Origin: Spirochaetia bacterium
GTDB lineage: Bacteria > Spirochaetota > Spirochaetia > UBA9216
Assembly: GCA_963675665.1 (NCBI GenBank)
Contig: OY776510.1
Coordinates: forward strand, 3,136,001-3,200,000
DNA: 64,000 nucleotides
Reading direction: 5' to 3'
Shown: positions 47,553-57,297 of the stretch, piece by piece
How positions within the stretch are numbered: position 1 is the first letter of the stretch
Layout: every line of letters starts with the position of its first letter
Made by a program: the position numbers and the translations under genes
The notes under the pieces: model-generated
The model's input: the letters and a program-made list of their open reading frames with translations, nothing else
Told to the model about the DNA's origin: nothing
The model's database searches: none

Positions 47553-49484
47553 TCAACTTCTGTTCCGGGTATAATTAAGCAAACCGCCTTCGAGAATCAC
47601 CTCAAGCTGCCGGTCTGCCATATCATGAACAATTTCAAATTCCTGTCCGGTAGTTTTATTAACCGCCTTAAGGACCTTCGATATCTGAATGTTCTTTCTG
47701 AGATTGTCAATGAAAATTATATCATTTTCTGAAATACCGTCATAGGCGGCAGGATCTGCAAAGGTGAACGGAATAATACCAAAATTAATCAGATTGGCTT
47801 TATGAATACGGGCAAAGCTCTTCGTAATAACGGCTTTAACACCAAGATACATGGGAGCAAGGGCCGCGTGCTCACGGCTTGAGCCCTGGCCGTAGTTTTC
47901 ACCGCCGATTATTACGCCTTTTCCGGCTTTCCGGGCTTTCTGGTAGAAGTCCGGATCTACAGCTTCAAAAACATGTTTGGAAATCTCGGGAATATTTGAC
48001 CTGAGCGGAAGTATTTTTGATCCTGCAGGCATAATGTGATCGGTTGTAATATTATCTTCGGTTTTGATAAGAACCGCGGCTTCAAGATTTTCAGCCATCG
48101 GGTCTGCCTTCGGGCAGGGTTTTATATTCGGTCCGCGTACTATTTCAACTGCAGACGCAGATGCTTCATCAAGCGGTTTAATTATCATATTATCGTCAAT
48201 TTCAACCCAGGATGTATAATCCTTCTTTGTAACGCCACGGATGTCGCGCGGATCAGTCAGAACTCCGGTGAGCGCCGTGGCTGCGGCTGTTTCCGGTGAA
48301 ACAAGGTAAACTTCGGCATCAGCTGTTCCGCTGCGGCCTTTAAAGTTACGGTTGAAAGTCCTGACGGATACTCCGCCGCTGGACGGAGAAAAACCCATAC
48401 CGATGCAGGCTCCGCAGGCGCTTTCGAGAATTCTGGCTCCGGCGGAAACAAGTTTCTTAATTATTCCTGCTTCGATACCGCTGTTAATTACCTGCCTGGA
48501 ACCCGGTGAGATTCCGAGCGACAGATTTTCGGCAACGGTTTTACCGTCAAGTATATCCGCAGCTATTCCGAGGTCGTTAATCGATGAATTCGTGCACGAA
48601 CCGATTGCTACCTGCTGAACATTTTTTCCTGCAACTTCGCTGACCTTTTTTACGTTGTCGGGCATATGGGGCAGCGCAACCATCGGAACTACTTCATCAA
48701 GGTTGATTTCTATAATCCTGGAATATTCAGCATCGTCGTCGGCCGACATTTCCCGCCACAGTTCTTCACGCTTCTGTAACGACAGAAACATGCGTGTTAT
48801 ATCGTCGGACGGGAAGACGGAGGTTGTGGCGCCCAGTTCTGCACCCATATTGGTTATCGTAGAACGTTCAGGTACGTTCAGCGTTTTTACGCCCGGCCCG
48901 TAATATTCATAAACCCTTCCTACGCCGCCTTTTACCGTCTCAAGCTGAAGAACAGTAAGGATTATATCCTTGGCGCTGCACATCGTCTGCAGCGAACCGG
49001 TAAGTTTTACTCCGATTACTTCCGGTGATCTCAGATAAAAAGGCGCCCCCGCCATTGCCGCGGCAATATCAAGTCCGCCGGCGCCTATTGCAATCATCCC
49101 AATGCCGCCTCCGGTAGGTGTATGCGAATCCGAGCCGAGCAGCGTCTTTCCGGGAACGCCGAACCTTTCAAGGTGAATCTGGTGACAAATACCGTTGCCG
49201 GGCCTTGAAAAGTGCAGGCCGAACTTGGCAGCAGCCGATTGAAGAAAACGGTGATCGTCCATATTGCGGTAATCGGTCTGCAGTGTGTTATGATCGACAT
49301 ATGAAACCGAGAGTTCGGTTTTAATTCCTGGAATGTCCATGGATTCGAACTGAAGATATACCATGGTTCCGGTAGCATCCTGGGTAAGTGTCTGATCAAT
49401 TTTAATACCGATTTCATTTCCGGGTTTGATTTCTCCGGATAAAAGATGCTCATTAAGTATTTTTTCAGTTAGAGTTTTTCCCAC
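47553..49484 (-). CDS. Aconitate hydratase (~640-aa type)
   Basis: QDATG, DHN, GICHQ, DSHT, GSCTN, CGACIG, NRNF.GR, TTDHI and NYGQGSSREHA motifs; start re-called to GTG 49484 behind GGGAG. Confidence 0.93.
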   Translation of the reverse strand: MGKTLTEKILNEHLLSGEIKPGNEIGIKIDQTLTQDATGTMVYLQFESMDIPGIKTELSVSYVDHNTLQTDYRNMDDHRFLQSAAAKFGLHFSRPGNGICHQIHLERFGVPGKTLLGSDSHTPTGGGIGMIAIGAGGLDIAAAMAGAPFYLRSPEVIGVKLTGSLQTMCSAKDIILTVLQLETVKGGVGRVYEYYGPGVKTLNVPERSTITNMGAELGATTSVFPSDDITRMFLSLQKREELWREMSADDDAEYSRIIEINLDEVVPMVALPHMPDNVKKVSEVAGKNVQQVAIGSCTNSSINDLGIAADILDGKTVAENLSLGISPGSRQVINSGIEAGIIKKLVSAGARILESACGACIGMGFSPSSGGVSVRTFNRNFKGRSGTADAEVYLVSPETAAATALTGVLTDPRDIRGVTKKDYTSWVEIDDNMIIKPLDEASASAVEIVRGPNIKPCPKADPMAENLEAAVLIKTEDNITTDHIMPAGSKILPLRSNIPEISKHVFEAVDPDFYQKARKAGKGVIIGGENYGQGSSREHAALAPMYLGVKAVITKSFARIHKANLINFGIIPFTFADPAAYDGISENDIIFIDNLRKNIQISKVLKAVNKTTGQEFEIVHDMADRQLEVILEGGLLNYTRNRS

Positions 49485-49532
49485 TGTATGTCTCCCTGGA
49501 TTTTTTTCAATTACTATAATATAGATCAAGTA

Positions 49533-49561
49533 TTGACGAGTCAATTCGCTTCTGGTAGCAT
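49533..49561 (+). promoter_or_regulatory. Sigma70-type promoter directly upstream of lipoprotein ATG
   Basis: TTGACG-17nt-TAGCAT with extended TG; 7-nt gap to ATG 49569; no SD. Confidence 0.55.
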
Positions 49562-49568
49562 TTTTTTC

Positions 49569-50240
49569 ATGAAAAAGAGTGTGACAAAATCCCTTTTTAT
49601 TCTTAATATACTTATAGTTACAGTTTTTATAACGGTTTCGTGCAATCGAAGCGGCGAAGAAGACCCGGTGAAAGCGGAAGCTGCCGGCGACAAGATCGTC
49701 AATTCGGAAAATAAAAAGAAGCCTGAGCAACAGGGAACCGGCGGAAACGAAGGTGTTGAACAGAAAGCCGTAATAAGTGAAACGGAAGGCCGTGATTTTT
49801 TATTATTCTATGATGATATGCCGGATATCGTAGTTCCCCGGGATTATAAAATAGGGCAGCTGCAGCAAAAAACCGGTATTGATCCGGTAATTTCAGATAT
49901 AATAAATACAGCTTCGGCTTTCCTGGAATCTATAAAAAACGGAGATCCGGATTACAAACTTGTAGCTGTCGAGAAAAGAGATTTTGTTGAACGAAATCTT
50001 GAAAGGCAGATGCAGATTATTCTTCCGGAGGATTTCAGAATAGGAATCATAATGACGGAAGCCGAGCCTGTTAATGCGGCGGTCAGGTTTATTAATAATG
50101 GCCGATATTCGGAAGGTATGCTTTATTTTGTAAATAAGGGCCAGTGGAAGATTTATGATTTTCAAATGGATTTTAAAAAAATGACGGTTCCTGAAGAGGG
50201 AAAAGAGGAAAATTTATGGGAAACAGTATCAGCAGAATAG
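49569..50240 (+). CDS. Hypothetical lipoprotein
   Basis: MKKSVTK...ITVSC lipobox; start re-called to 49569. Confidence 0.7.
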   Translation: MKKSVTKSLFILNILIVTVFITVSCNRSGEEDPVKAEAAGDKIVNSENKKKPEQQGTGGNEGVEQKAVISETEGRDFLLFYDDMPDIVVPRDYKIGQLQQKTGIDPVISDIINTASAFLESIKNGDPDYKLVAVEKRDFVERNLERQMQIILPEDFRIGIIMTEAEPVNAAVRFINNGRYSEGMLYFVNKGQWKIYDFQMDFKKMTVPEEGKEENLWETVSAE

Positions 50241-51430
50241 AGCGGGAGTTCATAATAAAAGCCCTTGACGACAATAAATTTGTGCTGAGTATGCATGGTT
50301 TAAAAAAGGAAGCTGATGTAGTAATCCTTAATTACGAGGAAGAGGATTTCGTTGATGTTTATTCAAAAAACCGCGACCTTGATGAATTTGAAATTGGCGA
50401 AAAAGTTCGATTGTTTTTTTCCTATTACGGCCATGTGATGACATTTAATTCAAAAATTCTTTCCTGCGACGAAGAAAAAGTACGGCTGGCCTACCCGGAA
50501 GGAATCCTGAAAAACCTGCAGCGTAAATTTGAGCGGGTAAATCCGCCCAAAGGTGTAGGGCTGCAGTTTACTGTTGATAATGTTAAAGTTGAATTAAGAT
50601 TTCCGGAATCCGGAAGATTTGTAAGGCTTGAAGAACATAGCAGTAACGGAAAATTCGATACAACCAGTATTAACAAACTGGTTTCGGATTTTAAGGAGAT
50701 TATATCAAGTCACTGCGACGAAAACAGGATTACAATGTTCAGGGATCGGGAACCGGAAAGCTTTGAAGAAAAACTGATATCAAGTACCGGTTCTGTTTTT
50801 TTTATGCAGTCTATTTATGAGGGGATGACCGTTCCCGAAACGAAATCAGATATTCCTGTTGTCAGCAAAGAAGAGCTGGAACCTGAAGAAATTGAGCAGC
50901 TGATATCAGACATGAAAAGGGCAGGCGAATATTCAGTTTTATATTGCCCGATTCTTTATCATGAATATACGGCAGGATACATATTCCTCTGTAATGAAAA
51001 AAATAAAAAAATTGAAGTAGATACGCTTGAATACGTATATGAATTTTCAAAAATACTTGCGTGGTCTCTTAATAAAAATAATTATTTTTCAGGTGGACAA
51101 ACCAAGGCCCAGCAGTTTAAATCGCAGATTATTGATATCAGCGCGTCGGGGCTTTTGTTTGCGGATACTTCAGAGAATTTAAGCGATGTTCTTAATATTT
51201 ACACCGACATTAATCTTGAACTGAAAATAAACAAGCGTAAAATGGTGGTTTATTCCAGAATAATGAGAAAGTATCATAATAAAGGCACTACATTTTACGG
51301 TGTTCAGTTTATGGATATTAACCCGGAAGACTTCAGATACCTCTTTGAATATGTATACGGCAGGGTTTTTACGGAAACAGACAGCAACATGTGGGAAGGC
51401 GGCTCAAGGCCTCCTACACTTGAGTTGTAG
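50216..51430 (+). CDS. PilZ-domain c-di-GMP receptor (spirochete PlzA-like with inserted domain)
   Basis: RKFER (RxxxR) and DISASG (DxSxxG) motifs; C-terminal YGVQF; N-terminal PilZN-like barrel. Confidence 0.88.
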   Translation: MGNSISRIEREFIIKALDDNKFVLSMHGLKKEADVVILNYEEEDFVDVYSKNRDLDEFEIGEKVRLFFSYYGHVMTFNSKILSCDEEKVRLAYPEGILKNLQRKFERVNPPKGVGLQFTVDNVKVELRFPESGRFVRLEEHSSNGKFDTTSINKLVSDFKEIISSHCDENRITMFRDREPESFEEKLISSTGSVFFMQSIYEGMTVPETKSDIPVVSKEELEPEEIEQLISDMKRAGEYSVLYCPILYHEYTAGYIFLCNEKNKKIEVDTLEYVYEFSKILAWSLNKNNYFSGGQTKAQQFKSQIIDISASGLLFADTSENLSDVLNIYTDINLELKINKRKMVVYSRIMRKYHNKGTTFYGVQFMDINPEDFRYLFEYVYGRVFTETDSNMWEGGSRPPTLEL

Positions 51431-51432
51431 AA

Positions 51433-54201
51433 TTGCCGATAATTAACGGTATGAACGGCTTTTTCATTATCATAGAGATAAGCGGACTTCAACAATTCCT
51501 TAATGTTAAAGAACCTGCAGTCGAAGACTTGATTCAAAACTGCAACCGAAGTTTGAACAATACAATGAGGGCGGAGGCTGATGTATACGGCTCATTTATA
51601 ATCTTCGCAATAGATTCAGAGATGAGCAATGGCCGGGCCGTTTATGAATCCGCAGTTAACCTTCTTGAGATAGTCGGAAGCTACAGCGAAGATATTCATG
51701 AATATACACTGATGCTGATATACCGCAGTAATATCACAACGGGAAAAGTTGCTGCTGAAATGAGGCAGAATTACTTCATGTTGTGTACCGAATCAGCTTT
51801 GATGGTTGAGAATAAAATTGCTGAAGCAGCGGGACTTGATAATAATCAGGAAGATGATTCAGGGTTTTATATACAGAACTATAGTGAGCAGCCCACCGAA
51901 ACTGTGGATTATGACATTAAAAAACTTTTAAAGCAGTCCGAGATTCAGAAAATAACAAACATTATTGTTCCGGAAATAGACAGTGATTACAATCCTGATA
52001 AAATTATTCTTCAGGGCGATTCCGAGCTTGTGATAAGAACGAACCTGCGTGAAGCAGTAAAAGATTATATTATCTATATCGACTTTCTCGGGAATGAAAC
52101 GGAAGTTATTATGCCGTTTGCAAGAAGTGTCGACCCTGAAATGATTCCGATAATTGAGAAATACCTCGATGGAGTTGAGTTGAAAACCTGGAATGAAGGG
52201 CTGGAGCGCATTGTAAATATCAACTCTGATTTCCCTGAAGAATATTTTTTCGGTATTTACTGTCTTTATCTGAAAGGTGTACTGAAATACCTGCAAAATG
52301 AACTCAAGCCGCAATTGATTGTTATTTCCGGAATCAATCAAAAATCCGGTTTGTATATGGAATATGCGGCCCGCATTATGGAGTTTCTTTACGGCAGTTG
52401 CAGTCCTGTTGTTTTTATAATTGACAGTGAAGAAAGTGAAAACCGATACCCTTTTCTGAAAGATGATTTCTTCAGAAATGCAGTAAAAACTGATTGCTGC
52501 CGGAAGATAAATCCTTCAGAGAACCTTAAAAAGATAAACTATCAGCTGACCAGGCTGTTTTTTACCATCAGCCTTACGGAAGGTTTGTTTAACAGAGGCA
52601 TTCTCTTTGATTTCCTCACGGATTCCGGTTATAATTCTGCCGAAATTTCTTCCGGCATCAGGGAACTTCAGAGTTGCGGATGTATTATAGACGACAGATT
52701 TATACGTATAATTTCCGGCCTGGGGCTTGAAGAAGCGTTTAATCGTATAAATGAAAAAGAGGACATTTACAATTCACTTGCGACATATATAAGCCGGAAA
52801 ATAAACAAAAATGTTTTTTTTGATTATGGTCTGGCTGCACGTCGTCTTGCTGTGATGTGTTCGGAAAATAATGTAAGCACTGCGGTTTACCTGTGCCTTA
52901 ACAGAATGCTTGATTTGGGTAAAACTGACTTTGTTATAGAATTTCTGGATTATGAAGAGTTTGCAAAGGATTTTCAGCATGAACTTGCCTCTGCTCTAAA
53001 ACTGCGAGCATATATGCTGAAAAATGAAAAAGCCGGATGTCTGGATGTACTGAATTCCATGCCGGAAATGGTCGACTCTCCGGAGAATATGAATACGGCA
53101 ATGCTGATGCTTGAAACCTCACGATATTTTCATGCGGCAAATGATTATAAACGTTCTCTCGAGCTGATAAAAAAGGTTTTGATATATCTGCAGGATGCAG
53201 ACAGGCCCGAAGCGGAGGGTACTGCTTTTATTGAGCTGGGGTTTCTGATGCTGTGCAAGGGCAAACTTCTTGAGTCTTCAGAGTATCTCAATCTGGCAGT
53301 TGAACGGCTGACGAACAGCGGTGAGTCATTTAATTATATGAAAGCGCTTATTTATTCTGCGGTCAATCAGTACCTATGGGGCGGTCTGGATACAGCTGAA
53401 GATTTTGCCGAAAAGGCGCTTGGGATCGCCGACGCAAAAGGGTATGAGGAGTGGAGTTTCTATATCAGGTTTTTTATCTGCAGGCTTTATTTTGAACTGG
53501 GACGTTATTATGATGCCGAACGGCTCTTATCCGATTGCCTTTTGGGAACGGAGCTTTTCAGAAACGATAAACGCAGGAAAATATTTTCAGCATGGACAGC
53601 CAGGGCCTGTATCTACCAGGGTAAAATATATCGCGGAATAAATATGCTGTTGTCGCTTGACGAGGACCCTGAGGTTCTTTTCTTTCTTGCCGAAGCATAT
53701 TATTTCAACGGAAGTATGGAAAAAGCTGTAAGCAGCATAGAAAAGGCTTCCGCCGTTGATGATTATTTTGATTTGGGATTTCTGCCGCTGGAGCACATCA
53801 GCTGGAAGAACGGTTTTTCTTCTGTCGAAGGACGGGTCCTGAGGACCGAGAAAGGAACAGGCGTACTTTTACATAATATAAGAGCTCTGCATGCCTTTAT
53901 GCTTGGTCTGACCGGGAACCGTGAGTACGGCATGGAGATCCTTTTCAGTCTTACCCGTGACGAGAGAATATCAGAAAATGATCCTTTCAACAGGTTATAT
54001 TTCTATTTCTATTGTCAATTGATGGAGAGGAGACAGAATGTCGATATGGTTGATAAATTAACGCTTATCAGCAAGGCGCTGAAGTATCTTCAGCAGACTT
54101 CAAGCAGAATAATTAAACCTCAGGTAAGAAAACAGTTTATGACGCAAAATTACTGGAATTCGAAACTTGTAAGCGAGGCGAAGCGGGAAAAACTTCTCTG
54201 A
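51433..54201 (+). CDS. Large hypothetical protein with C-terminal TPR-like helical repeats (alternative start ATG 51451)
   Basis: 922-aa ORF; C-terminal half has MalT/TPR-like repeats; no intact catalytic motif recognised. Confidence 0.75.
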   Translation: MPIINGMNGFFIIIEISGLQQFLNVKEPAVEDLIQNCNRSLNNTMRAEADVYGSFIIFAIDSEMSNGRAVYESAVNLLEIVGSYSEDIHEYTLMLIYRSNITTGKVAAEMRQNYFMLCTESALMVENKIAEAAGLDNNQEDDSGFYIQNYSEQPTETVDYDIKKLLKQSEIQKITNIIVPEIDSDYNPDKIILQGDSELVIRTNLREAVKDYIIYIDFLGNETEVIMPFARSVDPEMIPIIEKYLDGVELKTWNEGLERIVNINSDFPEEYFFGIYCLYLKGVLKYLQNELKPQLIVISGINQKSGLYMEYAARIMEFLYGSCSPVVFIIDSEESENRYPFLKDDFFRNAVKTDCCRKINPSENLKKINYQLTRLFFTISLTEGLFNRGILFDFLTDSGYNSAEISSGIRELQSCGCIIDDRFIRIISGLGLEEAFNRINEKEDIYNSLATYISRKINKNVFFDYGLAARRLAVMCSENNVSTAVYLCLNRMLDLGKTDFVIEFLDYEEFAKDFQHELASALKLRAYMLKNEKAGCLDVLNSMPEMVDSPENMNTAMLMLETSRYFHAANDYKRSLELIKKVLIYLQDADRPEAEGTAFIELGFLMLCKGKLLESSEYLNLAVERLTNSGESFNYMKALIYSAVNQYLWGGLDTAEDFAEKALGIADAKGYEEWSFYIRFFICRLYFELGRYYDAERLLSDCLLGTELFRNDKRRKIFSAWTARACIYQGKIYRGINMLLSLDEDPEVLFFLAEAYYFNGSMEKAVSSIEKASAVDDYFDLGFLPLEHISWKNGFSSVEGRVLRTEKGTGVLLHNIRALHAFMLGLTGNREYGMEILFSLTRDERISENDPFNRLYFYFYCQLMERRQNVDMVDKLTLISKALKYLQQTSSRIIKPQVRKQFMTQNYWNSKLVSEAKREKLL

Positions 54202-54207
54202 TTCTTA

Positions 54208-54237
54208 TTGACATGAAAAGCAGTTTTCCGGTATATT
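54208..54237 (+). promoter_or_regulatory. Promoter for tRNA gene
   Basis: TTGACA-18nt-TATATT. Confidence 0.55.
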
Positions 54238-54268
54238 TTGGAGGCTTCCTGATTTATATGAAGCTTGC

Positions 54269-54341
54269 GGTGGTGTAGCTCAGTTGGTAGAGCATTCGGC
54301 TCATATCCGAACGGTCAGGGGTTCAAGTCCCTTCGCCACTA
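54269..54341 (+). tRNA. tRNA-Met (CAT), elongator type; CCA not encoded
   Basis: Cloverleaf: GGTGGTG/CGCCACT acceptor, GCTC/GAGC D-arm, TTCGG-CTCATAT-CCGAA anticodon arm, GGTTCAAGTCC T-arm. Confidence 0.93.
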
Positions 54342-54374
54342 TAAAATCTGAAAACCGAAGACTTTTAGAAAATT

Positions 54375-54405
54375 ACGTTCCGGCAGTTCCGGAACGTTTT
54401 TTTTT
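54375..54405 (+). terminator. Intrinsic terminator after tRNA
   Basis: ACGTTCCGG-cagtt-CCGGAACGT followed by a T-run. Confidence 0.85.
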
Positions 54406-54429
54406 GCTTTTTAATAAAACAGACGGGAC

Positions 54430-54457
54430 AAAAAAGGGGCGTTCCGAAGAACACCCC
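54430..54457 (-). terminator. Intrinsic terminator for PEGA operon
   Basis: GGGGCGTTC-cgaa-GAACACCCC preceded by an A-run on the plus strand. Confidence 0.7.
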
Positions 54458-54488
54458 AGTAAAAAATCATAAAAAATAATTTAAAGCT

Positions 54489-55511
54489 TTATTCCCTGAT
54501 AAGAGCAAAACCGAAATTGAGCTCAATTCGGTATGATTCACCTGCATTGACGTTAATCGTCTGCTGGCTTGCAAGGCCTCCGGAAGTAATACGGATTGTG
54601 TGCTGTCCCGGATCAAGCTGAAGACTGGTTCCGTTGACCTTTATGCCGTTATCATAAATGGTTATCTTGTTTGCAGGATTAGGCTGTGAATAATCCAGCA
54701 TATTATTCGGAATTATAATATCAAGACGACCTGTCCGGGGCTGAAGCTGAAAATTAACCGTTGTCGACTGGGTAAATACAACAGTTTGATCTTCGGCCGC
54801 ATAGCCCGGGGCGTTTACCTTTATCCGGTAGGTTCCCTGAGGAAGCACAGTCGTCATATTGGACGTTCCGGTTAATTGACCGTTTATATCGCCGCCTTTT
54901 ATAAATACCTTTGCGCCGGGGACATTGCAGGTAACAGTCAGGCTGTATGATTCGGCATCAAGACTTATATTCAGAGTCTGGTTTGAATCAAGGTTTACCT
55001 GTCTGCTGGCGGAAAGAAATCCCGGAGCAGTAACATTTATGCTGTAGCTGCCTTTACCGAGCCGGGCCGTAAAAGGCGCTGAGCCGATAAGCTGGCCGCT
55101 GATGCCTCCGCCGGTAATAACGACTTTGGCGTCCCGGACGTTGCATTGTACTGTGAGATTTGCCTTCTCCTGGCCCAGGTTGAAATTGACGGTTTGGTTT
55201 CCGTTAAGCTGTATTGTCTGCTGCTGCTGTTCATAACCCGGAGCGGTTACGGTTACGACGTAGGCGTCTTTGTTCAGCTGCACAGTAAAGGGTGCGTTGC
55301 CGGATGCTATTGAACTGTTTTTTTGATAGAGAGTGCTGATTGAAACGAAAGCGTTTCTAATATTACAGTTTACAGTTAAAGTTGGTTGAGAAGATGAAGA
55401 ACTGCTGTTGGTGCCTCCGCTTGCAGGACCGGTCCTCTGAGCGAGGACCGGATATAATATTGATGTCAACAATAACAGGATAAAAATTATCTTTTTTGTT
55501 TTTGATGTCAT
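54489..55511 (-). CDS. Secreted PEGA-domain repeat protein
   Basis: Signal peptide; three to four ~70-aa repeats LTVxCN(I/V)xxAxV.....G..P.....L..G.Y.I.V.APG(Y/F). Confidence 0.88.
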   Translation of the reverse strand: MTSKTKKIIFILLLLTSILYPVLAQRTGPASGGTNSSSSSSQPTLTVNCNIRNAFVSISTLYQKNSSIASGNAPFTVQLNKDAYVVTVTAPGYEQQQQTIQLNGNQTVNFNLGQEKANLTVQCNVRDAKVVITGGGISGQLIGSAPFTARLGKGSYSINVTAPGFLSASRQVNLDSNQTLNISLDAESYSLTVTCNVPGAKVFIKGGDINGQLTGTSNMTTVLPQGTYRIKVNAPGYAAEDQTVVFTQSTTVNFQLQPRTGRLDIIIPNNMLDYSQPNPANKITIYDNGIKVNGTSLQLDPGQHTIRITSGGLASQQTINVNAGESYRIELNFGFALIRE

Positions 55512-55512
55512 T

Positions 55513-56496
55513 CTAATTCTCCCAGATTATACTCTTGATTGAGGAAACACTGTTCGGAGTATTCATAGTATATGTATGCGTATCCAGATCATACCGTATA
55601 TCAAGAATTTGAAGCGTTGTCTCGGCAGTATTCCATGGGGCATACCATGTTCCGTAGTGAATGCTTGTTTTGGTAACATTATTGTAATACATAAGATCTA
55701 CCTGGGCGTAGGCCGAAGGATTATCGCCTTCTTCCCCTGTCAAAGTGGCGCCGGCAGTCGATGTATTGGTAGAATCGATATAGACTTTTATAGTATCTTC
55801 ATCGGCAAACCATGCCGCTGAATAAAGGCTGATTGTTTCAACACGGGGAAGAGCATCATCATCGTTCTCAGTTATATCCATATCATGATAAACAGTAGAT
55901 TTGCTTCCGCGTGCAGAGTGATGAATATGCAGGCGTTCAGCTGGTGAGGTAGGAGCAAATGTATCGCCGGACAGCCATGAGCGGGTTGTTGCAGCGGAAT
56001 CGGAGCCGTATGTAAGGCTTAGATCAAGATCGATGCTGGTAGTTTCCCAGCTTGCTATAATTGTCCATTCGCCGGCTGTATCCGCAGGAAAAGCGTAAAG
56101 GTCTTTTGCTGAAGCTCCATTGTTTGTTACCTCAATATACTGGGGAATAAAAACCCAGTCGGGAGAGGTTGCAGTAAGTTTATATCTGTTTGATTCAGGC
56201 GAGTAGAAAGTAAATGATCCGTCAACAACTTCAGCCGTGGCGTAAGCATCAGTTTCATAACTGCCGCCAACAGGATCATAGGCATAGAGGCTGACTTCAA
56301 CGCCGTCAAGAGTATCTCCCGAGGCATCTTTCCAGTATTCCGTGCTGTCGGCAGCCTTGATGTTAACCGCTTTCCCGGTGTAATCGTTAAAAGTAACCGA
56401 GCATCCGCCGATGGTGCACTGGGCCCCGGTTAAAAAAACTATGAGTATTGCAAATGTTACGTACAGTGCAATAGATTTCTTTGTAAATCGTTTCAT
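55513..56496 (-). CDS. Secreted/lipoprotein with prealbumin-like domain and YfaP(DUF2135)-like domain
   Basis: Signal ending LTGAQC; L.GVEVSLY...DGSF.F.....Y.L; SW....IDLDL...D.......ETI; start re-called to ATG 56496 behind GGAGG. Confidence 0.65.
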   Translation of the reverse strand: MKRFTKKSIALYVTFAILIVFLTGAQCTIGGCSVTFNDYTGKAVNIKAADSTEYWKDASGDTLDGVEVSLYAYDPVGGSYETDAYATAEVVDGSFTFYSPESNRYKLTATSPDWVFIPQYIEVTNNGASAKDLYAFPADTAGEWTIIASWETTSIDLDLSLTYGSDSAATTRSWLSGDTFAPTSPAERLHIHHSARGSKSTVYHDMDITENDDDALPRVETISLYSAAWFADEDTIKVYIDSTNTSTAGATLTGEEGDNPSAYAQVDLMYYNNVTKTSIHYGTWYAPWNTAETTLQILDIRYDLDTHTYTMNTPNSVSSIKSIIWEN

Positions 56497-56609
56497 ATCT
56501 ACAGTTTCCTCCTGATATAAAATAATAATATGTAAATTATAACACTTTGTTGGTTCAATATCGTTACCGCATATTGAAAAAAATCCAAAAAAAGGAAAAA
56601 AATGAAGGA

Positions 56610-57167
56610 ATGAATAAGGAAATTGAATTAAAAGCACATGTTGACGAACCTGACTTGTTGAAAGACCGGCTATCAGGTATTTACGGCAGTCCTGTTTTGA
56701 TAAATAAAAATGATATTTACTATTTATACGATACGGATAAACAATCAGGGAAAGGCCAGCCTGTCAGATTACGTACGGAAAACGGAGTGAATACAGTAAC
56801 CGTAAAACGCAAATCCGTCTCAAACGGCATTGAGATTAATGATGAATTGGAATTTAATGTAGACAACGGAGAAAATTTTATAAAATTTCTACAATTGACC
56901 GGAGCCGGGAAATGGGTTGATAAAAGCAAGCACGGCTGGAAATTTACCGCCGATGTCGGAGCGGAGAAGGCTGTTATAGAGCTTTGCGAAGTCAGCCGGT
57001 TGGGATGGTTTATCGAAATTGAAATTGTTGTTGAGTCTCCGGACGACAAGCTGATTGCAACGGCTCAAGAGCAGATACTGGATATTTTGAAGATCGCAGG
57101 TATTTCCAGGGAAAAAATAGAACAGAGGTATTATTCCGATATGCTGCTTGAAAAAAACTGTCTTTGA
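56610..57167 (+). CDS. CYTH domain protein (class IV adenylate cyclase CyaB-like)
   Basis: EIELK, D.YY, VRLR, E...E.E, LG.F.EIE and terminal YSD motifs; start re-called to 56610. Confidence 0.9.
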   Translation: MNKEIELKAHVDEPDLLKDRLSGIYGSPVLINKNDIYYLYDTDKQSGKGQPVRLRTENGVNTVTVKRKSVSNGIEINDELEFNVDNGENFIKFLQLTGAGKWVDKSKHGWKFTADVGAEKAVIELCEVSRLGWFIEIEIVVESPDDKLIATAQEQILDILKIAGISREKIEQRYYSDMLLEKNCL

Positions 57168-57174
57168 TAAAGAC

Positions 57175-57297
57175 AGAAAAAAAGACCCGCCCGATTCAAC
57201 GAACCGGACGGGAAAAGGAGGTTGATTAAAAAAGGAGGTGTTTAGAAAACAGCAGGTAATGCAACCTGCTTCGCTGAAATGTATAAAACATTCAGCG
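57175..57297 (-). ncRNA. Candidate small RNA with two anti-SD motifs
   Basis: Promoter TTGAAC-16-TATATT, two hairpins, two ACCTCCTTTT motifs, intrinsic terminator. Confidence 0.45.
57177..57212 (-). terminator. Intrinsic terminator
   Basis: Minus strand CCCGTCCGGTTC-gtt-GAATCGGGCGGG-TC-T7. Confidence 0.75.

Noticed and set aside
49485-49730. N-terminal extension of the aconitase ORF (and extended starts at 6496, 9234, 23433, 25427, 26445, 49488, 56547, 56637, 59233, 62806)
   Set aside because: These overlap divergent genes or promoters; internal starts fit SDs, promoters and family N-termini better
54269-54341. Initiator tRNA or tRNA-Ile2 identity
   Set aside because: Lacks the C1 mismatch and the three G-C anticodon-stem pairs of tRNA-fMet; the acceptor stem resembles elongator Met, though Ile2 is not formally excluded
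54284-54472. 62-aa ORF MVEHSAHIRTVRGSSP...
   Set aside because: It is the translation of the tRNA-Met gene and its terminator
54269-57167. Genomic island integrated at tRNA-Met
   Set aside because: No integrase and no duplicated tRNA 3' end seen in the window
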